DNA of 64,000 bases, from NCBI RefSeq assembly GCF_009914755.1, contig NC_060933.1, one strand, 5' to 3'. This DNA is from the human T2T-CHM13v2.0 reference genome, Homo sapiens. The translations under genes and the position numbers were made by a program. Below are positions 19,185 to 29,689 of this stretch, piece after piece (the first letter of the stretch is position 1; every line of letters starts with the position of its first letter). A model generated the notes under the pieces. That model made no database searches. It was not told the DNA's origin and saw nothing but the letters and a program-made list of their open reading frames with translations.

Positions 19185-19380
19185 CAGGGTGTCCAAGGGA
19201 GAGAACACAGTCATGGGTTCTTAGTTTCTGTTTCTGATTGGGCTGGTAAAGCCCCTTCCTTGTCCCTCTTTTCCACTTATCACTAGAGACAGAAACTAAA
19301 AACCATGGCTTCATACTGCTAAAAGCCTAAAACAAAACAGAACAGAACAACAACAAAATAAAGCAAGTTGGACAAGGTTG
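19185..19380 (-). mobile_element. MER107-like non-autonomous DNA transposon
   Basis: CAGGGTGTCCAA...TTGGACAAGGTTG termini; internal inverted CATGGGTTCTTAGTTTCTG / CAGAAACTAAAAACCATGG; about 196 bp. Confidence 0.7.
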
Positions 19381-20221
19381 CCTTAAAGAAAGCCCTAAAA
19401 TCATTGAGCATCTGGAGAAAAAGCCTTGGACATTCAAACTGACTCCACTGGTCAATTAAAGTTCAAAGTAATGCCAAATTTTAAACTCAATCTCGAGGTA
19501 TTTCAACAAACAGAAACTTGGCACAGTGGAGACCCCAAGGGCACCCAAGTCTTTGCCCCAGGAGCCTAGAGCCTGATGTGGTGAGAAGGAGGCTGAGGGT
19601 GGAAGCATACAGGAGCTGGCACTTACTGTGTGTTTTCTTGTTCTTTCCCCTCTGTGTAGACACAGAACGCAGGGATCAAAGGTTGCCCAGGGAATGAGTG
19701 GCAGAGGCACACTTCCAGCCCAAGCCTGCTGCCACCAGGCCCATGACACAGCAAGGAACAGGGCTGTGGAGGCAGGGGAGGCCACAGAGCTTGGGGCCCA
19801 CCACTCCAGAAGGTGAGCCGCAGGTGCTCCTACACAGACAAACCCAGAACCATCTTCCCATACGATCAATGCTGAAAAGAGGCAGTCAGCTTCCAGACCC
19901 ACCCACAAACTTTTTTTCCCACCTCACATCAGATGTGGGAATGGTAGTACAGTTCTCCCAGTAACCATCTGTGTGGCCAGCCTAGGAAAGCAACCACAGG
20001 GACAATTATGTCTTCAATGAGATGGGACCCAAGCTCCAAACAACAAACTTGGAAACAAGCCTTTGAAACCCAGTACATTGGGAGGCAGAGGCTGGGACTG
20101 ACACACACACAATACTAGATTGGTTATGGGTCACTCACCCCTCCCTCCTTCATGAACAACGCTCACCCTGCTCTGTGTTGACTCCAATGGGGTACAAAGA
20201 TGGAAGTGAAGATATGAGTAG

Positions 20222-20540
20222 GAGTAGCCTCATGTCCCCAATGGCCACCCCTCTCAGGATCCGAGCCTTTGGGTGATCCCCTCTCTTTGAATCTGGGCTG
20301 GGCTTGGGACCTGTTTTCAATGGAAGGTGGCAGAAATAATGTAGTGCTACTTCCAGAATAAACCCTAGGAAGACCTGGCAGCCCAAGCCATGTGCTTTTG
20401 GGGGTCCCTGAACCATGCTGTATAAAGCACAGCTCCCTGGTGGAGACACCCTGCAGAGAGACAATGAAGAGAAGATTCATCTAGAGGAAGAAGCCAGGAC
20501 TGCACAGAGAGAGGGAGACACCCACCCAAAAATCCAGTGG
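20222..20540 (+). mobile_element. MLT1 (G/H-like) LTR 5' part, truncated
   Basis: CCCCTCTCTTTGAATCTGGGCTGGGCTTGGGACCTG...GGCAGAAATAATG MLT1 motif. Confidence 0.6.
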
Positions 20541-21821
20541 TGCAGTCAAATCTTAGAGCTCCAAAATAATTTCCTTTGACTCCATGTCTCACATCCAGGT
20601 CATGTTGATGCAAGAGGTGTGTTCCCATGGTCTTAGGAAGCTCTGCCCTGTGGCTTTGCAGGGTATATATCTCCCTCCTGGCTGCTTTCATGGGATGGTG
20701 TTGAGTGTTTGCAGCTTTTCCAGGTGCATGGTGCAAGCTGTTGGTGGAGCTACCATTCTGGGGACTGAAGGATAGTGGCCCTCGTCTCAAAGCTCCACTA
20801 GGCAGTGTCCCAGTAGGGACTCTGTGTGGGAGCTCTGACCCCACATTTCCTTTCTGTACTGCCCTAGCAGAGGTTCTCCATGAGGGCCCCACCCCTGCAG
20901 CAAACTTCTGCCAGGGCATCCAGGTGTTTCCATTCATCATCTGAAATCTGGGTGGAGGTTCCCAAACCTCAATTCTTGACTTCCATGCACTCACAGGCTC
21001 AATGCCATGTGGAAGCTGCCAAGGCTTGGGGCTTGCACCCTCTGAAGCAATGGCCTGAGTTATACCTTGGGCCCTTCTAGCCATGGCTGGAGTGAGTGAG
21101 ATGCAGGGCACCTAGTCCCTAGGCTGCACAGAGCAAGGGCACCCTGGTCCCAGCCCATTAAACCACTTTTTCCTCCTAGTCCTCTAGGCCTGTGATAGGA
21201 GGGGCTGCTGTGAAGCCCTCTGACATGCCCTGGAAACATTTTCCCCATTGTCTTGGGGATTAATATTCAGCCTCTCATTATTTACCCAAATTTCTGCAGC
21301 CAGCTTAAATTTGTCCTCAGAAAATGGGATTTCCTTTTCTACACATTGTCAGGCTGCAATTTTTCCAAACTTTTATGCTCTGCTTCCCTTATAAAACTGA
21401 GTGCCTTTAACAGCACTCAAGTCACCTCTTGAGTGCTTTGTTGCTTAGAAATTTCTTCTGCCAGATTCCCTAAATCATCTTTCTCAAGTTCAAAGTTCCA
21501 CAAATCTCTAGGGCAGGGGCAAAATACCTCCAGTCACTTTGCTAAAACATAACAAGAATCATCTTTACTCCAGTTCCCAACAAGTTCCTTATCTCCATCT
21601 AAGACCACCTCAGCCTGGATTTCATTGTCCACATCATTATCAGCATTTTTGTCAAAACCATTCAACAAGTGTCTAGGAAGTTCCAAACTTTCCCACATTT
21701 TCCTGTCTTCTTCTGAGCCCTCCAAACTGTTCCAATCTCTGCCTGTTACCCAGTTACAAAGTTGCTTCCACATTTTTGGGTATCTTTTTAGCAGCACCCT
21801 GGTCTACTGGTACCAATTTAC
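20541..21821 (-). mobile_element. THE1 internal sequence, 3'-truncated (no 3' LTR)
   Basis: Abuts the LTR via GTAAATTGGTACCAG on the minus strand; MaLR ORF remnant 'WNSLEGSEEDRKMWESLELPR'. Confidence 0.9.
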
Positions 21822-22191
21822 TGTATTAGTCCGTTTTCATGCTGCTGATAAAGACATACCTGAGACTGGGCAATTTACAAAAGAAAGAGGTTTAATGGAC
21901 CCACAGTTCCTTGTGGCTGGGGAGGCCTCACAATCATGGTGGATGGCAAGGAGGAGCAAGTCATGTCTTTCATGGATGGCAGCAAGCAAAGAGAGAGAGC
22001 TTGTGCAGAGATATCTCCCCTTATAAAACCATCAAATCTTGTGAAACTTATTCACTATCACAAGAACAACACAGGAAAAACTCACCCCCATGATTCAGTT
22101 ACCTCTTACTGGGTCCCTCCCACAACATGTGGGAATTGTGGAAGCTAAAATTCTAGATGAGATTTGGGTGGGGACACAGCAAATCATATCA
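21822..22191 (-). mobile_element. THE1 (B/C-like) 5' LTR
   Basis: TGTATTAGTCCGTTTTCATGCTGCTGATAAAGAC...GGGGACACAGCAAATCATATCA; about 370 bp. Confidence 0.92.
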
Positions 22192-23395
22192 GTGTTGGTG
22201 GTGGCACCAAATCATTAAATCCAAGTGATGTTAATATCCCCATTATATAGAGGAAAAGACTGACACTCAGGAGCTTCATAGATGGCACCCACTGCCAAGT
22301 TCTGCAATACTTTATGAATGTGTTTGTACAGAGCAGGCCATCTCCAGAGTACATCTAGTCTTTCAGAAATGGTTGCTTGCATTATTTTTATTTCTAAGCC
22401 TTATTTCTTGCATTTTTTTCACCTCATGAACCATGCTCTCCTTGTTCTCCTGCTACTAAGAAACCTGTGCAGTCCTGGGCATCCAAAGCTTAACAGATTT
22501 CCAGGATTCTGTTTGGATCTCTGGGAAATTCTGGGGCCATCCTGGAATAAAGCTGGTGTGTTTTGAAAGTCCAGACATTTTCATCAGAGTTGTTCTACCA
22601 GTTATAAACCCCATGGCAGGTGTGATCATGTGTACCATTGATCAAGAAACTTGGGCTGGGAAGGGATAAGGGTCTGCCAAAGTCCTATGTGGAGGATGAA
22701 GGGCCAGCAAGTGACCTGACCTCACTTAAGGCTGTGACTCATGAATAGACCACCCTGACAGGAAGGCATTGCTGAGAAGAGGGCCACTCCTCTCCTAACT
22801 GACAAAGAGAAATCCCATGTTAGAACAGTCCAAAATGCTCCAGTACAGTTAAGAAATTGGTGAGGCTGAACTTGACACCCTTAGCTTCACCTCCTCATGC
22901 ATTGCTGGAGGCCCCATATCCTGGTATTCCCGTTTCCAAAGACCCAGCCCTGCTTTCCAGCATCTCATTACCTCCACCTGGTGGGGCCTGTCAGTGTACC
23001 ACAGGTCTACCTTGATTTCAAGTCCATCTCCTAATAATGAAGTAAAATGTTTTTCCCTGCATTGAAGAACTTTCCAGTGTCTTGGATGGGGGAGCTTAAG
23101 GAGCAGATGCTCATTCTTGGGGTATGGAGGTGATAACTTGTAGGCAGACTGTTCCTAGGAACACACGTAAGCTTGGCCCTTTCAGCCACTGGAAGGTAAG
23201 TCCAAAGATTCAAGAGGGAAAGGTGGCTGGTTGTGTCTGGCAGAAGGAGGGACACAGTGGAATAATTCTGCAAGTGTCACAGGGAGCCAGTCTCTGAGAT
23301 GGCAGAGATAGGTTGGCCATCACTTTAGTGGGAAAAGGAGCATGTCTTTTCAAAGCTTCAAATGGGCCACATTTTTAAAAAGCATCAATTAACCT

Positions 23396-23398
<3 letters not shown>

Positions 23399-23429
<31 letters not shown>
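23399..23429. repeat. (AC)n microsatellite
   Basis: About 15 perfect AC units. Confidence 0.97.
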
Positions 23430-23430
<1 letters not shown>

Positions 23431-23784
23431 CTGAAAGGTGTAGAACTTTCATCAGCAGCAAAAGAGGAATGTTATTGGGAAGGTATACATTCCCAGCAAA
23501 TTCTTAGCAGATGTGCTGGAGCCAACTTCCCAACTGTAGGGTCTACTCCACTGCAAAGTTTATTTGTATGAATCAGAAAATGATGATGCAGAGGAGGGTG
23601 ATAATGTAAGGATCAAAATTTGATAATAGTTTTTAATAGGAAGAAAATAGCCTCAAGACTCTAGAGATTCTGTGGAATTCAGTTGCTTTATTAGAGCAAA
23701 GAGTTCTCCTTTGGGTGGCATAATAGGAGACTGGCTGCTTAGGAACTTAGTCCCTCACATGGTCTAAGGACAGTGCATGTGAAA

Positions 23785-23912
23785 TACTCCAGCATCTTGT
23801 TAAAATGCAGAGTCTTATTCAGTGGGTCTGGGGTGGGACCTAAGATTCTGCATATCTAAAAGGCTCCCGGGCGATCCCTGTGCTGAAGGTCTGCAAACTG
23901 TGTTTTCAGCAC
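23785..23912. mobile_element. MER5A-like fragment
   Basis: TTGTTAAAATGCAGAGTC...GGTCTGGGGTGGGACCTAAGATTCTGCAT. Confidence 0.7.
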
Positions 23913-25827
23913 CAAAGTTAACATTGAACCCCCAAAGTGACCACGGACTGATGGCCTCAGATCATCCAGGCCCACCGATGTACTAAGCACAATGGGCATT
24001 GTAACAGCATCTGCCACCTGTTTGAGGGGCCAGCTAGGGATTAGTGGGCATGGGGAGGGCCTAGGAGCCTAAACATTTACAAATATCCAGAAAATGATAC
24101 ACACACAAGTGAAAGGAAGAAGGGTGTGGATACAGGTTAGGACTTCAGCCTATGAATTCTGAAAGGACACAATTCAACCCATCAAACCCGAAAGATGGGG
24201 CTTGGGGACAGCCTGGAGCTATTGAATGATGCAAGCTATAAAAAATTCTAGAAAGGATCTGCCCTGTGTGTGCCTGGAGGCTCTGCGGGCACCATTTGCA
24301 CAGTCAAACTCCTTCCCTCTCCGCTGCTGCAGCAAAACTAATGAACCACAAGAGCTGACTGGGTGGAAGCAGTAAACGACCTCCAGGCAAACACAGTGCC
24401 TGAGCCTTGATCTTTGAGGTTTAGCTGCAATGTTACAGGCCAGAAAGTTCACAAGCGAGAGCCCTGAAGATGCACAGCACGTGAGACCGCAATAACCACG
24501 GCCTTGTTTCCATCTGCAGAGAAGTGAGGGTTCGTTGGCCCCACCCGCTTTGATGTTCTTTTCTTCTGTCTCACACCTGTTTGACCATCTCTTAAATAGG
24601 AACATTTTAAAACCAAATTAAAAATTCCATTTTCTGATACATTGTCTCATTTGAATCCAATTTACTAAACATATAATATGCTTTTTCCAATCTTATACTA
24701 AAATAATAAAGTGGGGCTCTATGAGAATGCATATCTTTCGTCAACTCAAAGGAAGAACTGAAAACTAACATTTTATTTCAAGGAAACATGCTTAAATATG
24801 GCTCATTTGATTACTTTTATGTACACATGATACCTCAAAGTCAGATGCCTCAAATCTCAGTGTTCAGATAATCTCCTAAATGAAGATGTATAAAAAGAGC
24901 TACTTTTTCTATTTTTAGCTGTGCCTAAAGGATTTTCTTGTCTCTCAGATATTCTCATTTGCTTTGGTTATTCCCCTTTTCTTCTTCTTTCTCCTGTGTG
25001 GTTTTGCTTTATGTTGCTAACTTTCTCGGATTTTCAGATTTTTTTTTTATTTTCTAGGTTTCTTACCTTTGCCTTTTCTGTCTATTCTTATTTTCACTTT
25101 CTTCCAACAAAACACCCACTAAAATTCAGAGCAGGATGGGTCTTTTCTCTTTCTCTCTCTCTCTCTTTTTTTTCAGTCTTTTAGTGTGCTCTCCCTCGTT
25201 GGATTATAAATGCTTATATACCTGTCTACATGTGGTCCATGCAGTGACAGAATTTTAGGAAATTAGGAAGTGTGGGATCTCTGGTCTGAAGGTGGTTTTA
25301 AGACATAGTCGTACACATGGCATCACCCACTGCTGACCACAGTTGCTAATCTTGGGGACCACAGCAGCCTGAGTTCTGAACCCTTGCCTTTTCTGCACTG
25401 TAGCTTTCAGGCTCGTTGGTGCCACCCCAGCTTCATAGCACACAGGATGAGAGAGAACACTTCACCTGCAAGACTCTGGTTGATGAAGCCATTTTTCCTC
25501 CAGGTGTTCCCAGGCATGTGTTTAAGTGTGTTCCTCATCTGCTCACACAGAGCTCGAAGCAGGCATGCTCCTCTCCTCTTCTCCTTCAGATACTTCACCA
25601 CTTTCTGCTTTTCTCTCCTCAGCTGTCTGCAGAGAACAGACTTCTTCACCCTCAGGAACCTCACTGCAGCCCTACATCTCTGCGGCTGGACGTCCCCATT
25701 GATCACAGACCAAGGCCAGGATGTGCTCCATATGTCTTTCCCTTTCTGCTGTTTTCTAGGCCCAAGGAGTTGACCGTGTGAGTCCTGGCTTGTCAATGGT
25801 GCAGCGGGGGCTGCAGCGACTCTGGCT

Positions 25828-26063
25828 CTGTGGCTTCACTGTGCCTGTGGGTGGCCGACGAAGCCATCATCTTGAGTGCATGGTGCCACCAATGCGTGTG
25901 GCAATCAGACAGGAAATGACATGGCTATATTGAAGGCCAGCCTCCAGCACTGTGGCTTCACTGTGCCTGCGGGTGGCCGATGAGGCCATCGTCTGAGTGC
26001 ACAGTGTCACCAGTGGATGTGGCAATCAGACAGGAAATGACATGGCTATACCAAGGGCCAGCC
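25828..26063. repeat. Two-copy tandem duplication, period about 122 bp
   Basis: CTGTGGCTTCACTGTGCCTG...GTGGCAATCAGACAGGAAATGACATGGCTATA...GGCCAGCC at 25828 and 25950. Confidence 0.95.
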
Positions 26064-26673
26064 GTGTCTATGCTGCCTTCAGACAGTTGGGTCAACCCTT
26101 GCCAGGGTCCAGACTCAGTCTCTGAAAAGGTCCCCCTTCCTCAATGCTCCTAAGACTGAAGCACCTACCTGGAGCTCACTGGGCCACTCACATGGGTTTC
26201 CGTGGCTATGCTACACAGGAAGCCAAGTCATAGTCAGAAGCCACTTGACTGATTGTGAAAAAAATGGCTTTCAACAAGACCAGGAATAAGCACAGCACAT
26301 GTTCTCTGTTTAGACAGCCAAGAGTGGTTAATCTACTTGCCCAGGACGGGCCAGCTGGAGCTGCAGAGGAATGAACCCAGAGCCTGTGCTCCAGGCAGGC
26401 ACACACACGGCCTCTGGGGTGGGGGTTGGGGGGACTTGGGGCTGGGAGCCACACACGCAACCTCTGGGGGGTCACACACATGACCTCCGAGGAGCTTCCC
26501 ATGCTAGTCTTGCACAAATCCCTAAGAGTTATTTCCAGGGTATCATATGCTGATACCCTGGAAACACATGTTAAAAGCTGATGATGGTTACTTAGCGGGG
26601 TGTCTGGGCCTTTTTTGGTCAGAAACAAGAACTAGAAAGGATGAATCTGAAATTCAGAGAAAGTACTGTAGGA

Positions 26674-27016
26674 CAGTGGTCCCCAACTTTTTTGGCAGCA
26701 GGGACCGGTTTCATGGAAGACAATTTTTCCACAGCCGGTGGGAGTAGTGGGGATGATTTTAGGATGGAACTGTTCCACCTTGGATCATCAGGCAATAGTT
26801 AGATTCTCATAAGGAGCACACAACCTAGATCCCTCGCATGCACAGTTCACAATAGGGTTCATGCTCCTATGAAAATCTTTTGCTGCTGCTGATCTGACAG
26901 GAGGCAAAGCTCAGGTGGTAATGCTTGCTTGCCCAATGCTCACCTCTTGCTGTGTGACCTGCTTCCTAACAGGCCCCAGACAATCCTGGTCTGTAGCTGG
27001 GGGTTGGGGACTCCTG
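26674..27016 (+). mobile_element. MER1B, full length
   Basis: CAGTGGTCCCCAAC...GTTGGGGACTCCTG TIRs; 8-bp TSD CTGTAGGA/CTGTAGAA. Confidence 0.9.
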
Positions 27017-29194
27017 CTGTAGAAGAATGAGCAGTTGCAACCAGCTCCATAGCTGAGTAGCTGCCATCACCAGCCTGGAGGGTCAGGCTGTCTCACAGGC
27101 CCTTCACTCCATTATTGGGCAAATGGAAAGGACCCATTCGGGCTGTCTCCTGGGGGAAAGGTCATAACGTGTGGCGCAGGAGCTTGTGTCTCTGATAGGC
27201 TGCACACTCCTTCCATGACTGATGGTCAGCGTGGGGAATGCTCCACAGGTTTTTTGAGTATGAGAGCCCACAAGTATTTTAGTTTATGAAGAATGTTCAT
27301 ACATGTCATTTCATTCATGGGTGAACTCAAACTCGAAGGACACAGAGGCAGTAAACGCCAGGTGGACTCCACTTCAGGGGCCGACCAGGGTCCCAAGCCC
27401 AGTGATCTCATAAACCCCCAAAAGCGGGCCTCCGCCCCTGGGCTCTGGTAGATGGCACTGGTAGCATACTCTCCACCCCTTCCTGGCCAGTGGCACCCAC
27501 TGCCTGCCTTCATGCAGGAGAGAGAGCCTCATTCAGGTCTTCAACAAGCCAGCTTTTATTTTTATTTCAGATTTAAGCCAATTCTTGTCAAGATCAATAG
27601 CATCTTGGTCAATAGAATTATTTGAAACCCTTAAGATACATAACTTTAAGTAGCCTTTGGAATAATGCACTTTAGAAATATTTTCAAAGGCATTTGACTG
27701 GAACAGCAAGGGGGTTACTCTCACTGGAGCATCCTTTCAGGGAGATGATTCGGCAGTTCAGAGTCATTTGGGCAAGCGATTCATTCTCAGCAGACCACAA
27801 ATATCCCCCAGCCCTTCCTCCATCTGTGTCCCAAAACTAACAAGCCTGTTCTTCTCTTGGGAAACATTAATCTGACTAATGGCCTCAATCCCCATCTCAT
27901 ACCCTTCCTGGGAAGACTGGATCATCATTAACAAACCCCAAATCTTCCAGAACCTCCCTATGACTGACCAACACTCATGTCCCGACATATGGACTACTTC
28001 CTCACGTGCCCCCCAACTCTGTTTCTCTTGCTCCCAATAGATCAGCTCTCCCCTTGGCTGGAGGCAAGTGGACTGTGCAGGGGACACTCCCTGGCAGCAC
28101 CAACCCGCCTGCTGCCCAGATGCCCCTCACACCCTGCAGGGCCACGCTGCCAAAGGCCATGGCTTCCTGGTGACAGCAGTACTCCTGGAAACATTGTAAA
28201 TCAACCCCACAGCCTTTCCCAGCATCTTTCCTGGGCAGAGGAGGAAAGAGCCCTGCTGTGAACAGTGTGGTCATGGGCCAGGTGTCCAGGAACAAGAGAA
28301 GTCACCCGCATGCTTGCATTCCACAGAGGGCAGTTTCACTGGCCCTGGGTCTGCTATCTGTCACACAGGTGGCACTGGATTTCGGAGTTTCTGAGGGGCG
28401 TTTTCTTTTGTTCTTACCCCTACCAAACACTATCTATGCAGGTCAAATCCATAGCATCTGTGGGCCCCTCATTTGAGGACTGCCTAAGCTCATTCTCAAA
28501 AAAAAAATAAATAAATAAAATGAAAACCATCAAGCAGGCAGAGACGATGAAAACCATTGCTTCAGAGTGTGTCTGCCTCAGTCCTGTCTCCTGGGGGACA
28601 GGGGTGTGTAGAGAGTATGGCCACTGAGCCTGGACAGGAGCTGTGGGGTGGGTCTGCAAGCTGCGTGTCAGCAGTTGAGGTGAGGAATGGTACAGAATGA
28701 AGACTGTCTGTGAGTCCCTTGAAACTCACACCATCATTTCAGGTCTTCATACACACGAAATAATCCATGAGATAACTTTTCCAAATTAACTGCAAGAAGT
28801 CTTTAAGAGGTTGTGGGGGAACTTTTTACAGGAGCATACGATGGGAAATGTTTTGAGGGAATCTTATTTCCCCCAAGACTATTAGAATTTTAAACACACA
28901 GGTCTCTCAGCAGGCTACCTCTGCTCTAAAATGCTGAAAATTCTATAAATTCTCAATGAGCTGTTATAAAGAGATTGTGCCATACCTGTTTAAAACTAGT
29001 GTACCTTATTCTGAAGGGCTTAAAATGTTGAGAGGGAGAGCTTAATGAGGAAAGAGAGAGGAACAAGAGAGAAAAAGAGAAATTGGCTCCTTTAAGAAGT
29101 TTCTGGCAGAAAATCAGCTTTAAAAATAAGTTGCTCAACTCAAGAAAAAAAATTCTCTGCAGAATGAACAACTGTAAGGGGAGAGAGAGAGATG

Positions 29195-29689
29195 GGGGCT
29201 AGGCAGAATTCCGGATGGCTCCTGGGGTCTCCCACTGGTGTGTTCCCCCATGTGATTGCCTCCCCTTGAGTGTGGGAAGGACCTGTGACCCTCCCAATGG
29301 GATCTGGCAAGGTGATGGGCTGTCCCTTGCGAGATGAAGTTGCAGTATGTGTATATACCGTACAAGGTTTTGTCTTGCTGCGTACACAGGGAGACACTGT
29401 CGTGGCCCTTGAGGAAGCAAATGCCATCTTGTAACCAAGGACAGGGCCATGTGGGGTGGCTGGGAAATGCAGAAGGCCTTGGGCTTCAATCCTGCTATCA
29501 CAAAGAGCCACATTCTGCCAGCAGCCAGAGAGCTTGGAAGGGAACCCCAAGTTTCAGATAAGGACATGGCCTGATTGGACCCCAACCTTGCAAGTTCCTT
29601 GGCAGAGGACTCAGGTGAGCCATGCCCAGACTTCTGACTCCTGGATACCATGAGATAATAGATGGGTAGTTGTGTGAGTGGGTGTGTTT
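29195..29689 (+). mobile_element. MLT1F-like LTR; its last ~40 bp lie at 33891-33932
   Basis: CCCCTTGAGTGTGGGAAGGACCTGTGAC...CCCAGACTTCTGACTC...GAGATAATAGATGGG; terminal GTGGTAATTTGTTACATAGTAATAGGAAACTAGACA at 33897. Confidence 0.75.

Noticed and set aside
20365-21797. 248-aa and 87-aa ORFs as host genes
   Set aside because: They are THE1-internal MaLR ORF remnants, and the longer one crosses a deletion junction.
23031-23273. 80-aa minus ORF with a faint F-box-like pattern (LLNLWTYLPVAERAKLTCV)
   Set aside because: Non-ATG start, no conserved continuation and no recognisable homology in neighbouring frames; probably chance. An HMM search would settle it.
25384-25796. Three overlapping 121-129 aa ORFs on both strands
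   Set aside because: No recognisable domain or convincing exon structure; composition reflects CT-rich sequence.
25828-26063. Repeat-spacer-like appearance (CRISPR-like)
   Set aside because: Only two copies, the intervening sequences are also homologous, the context is eukaryotic and there are no cas genes.
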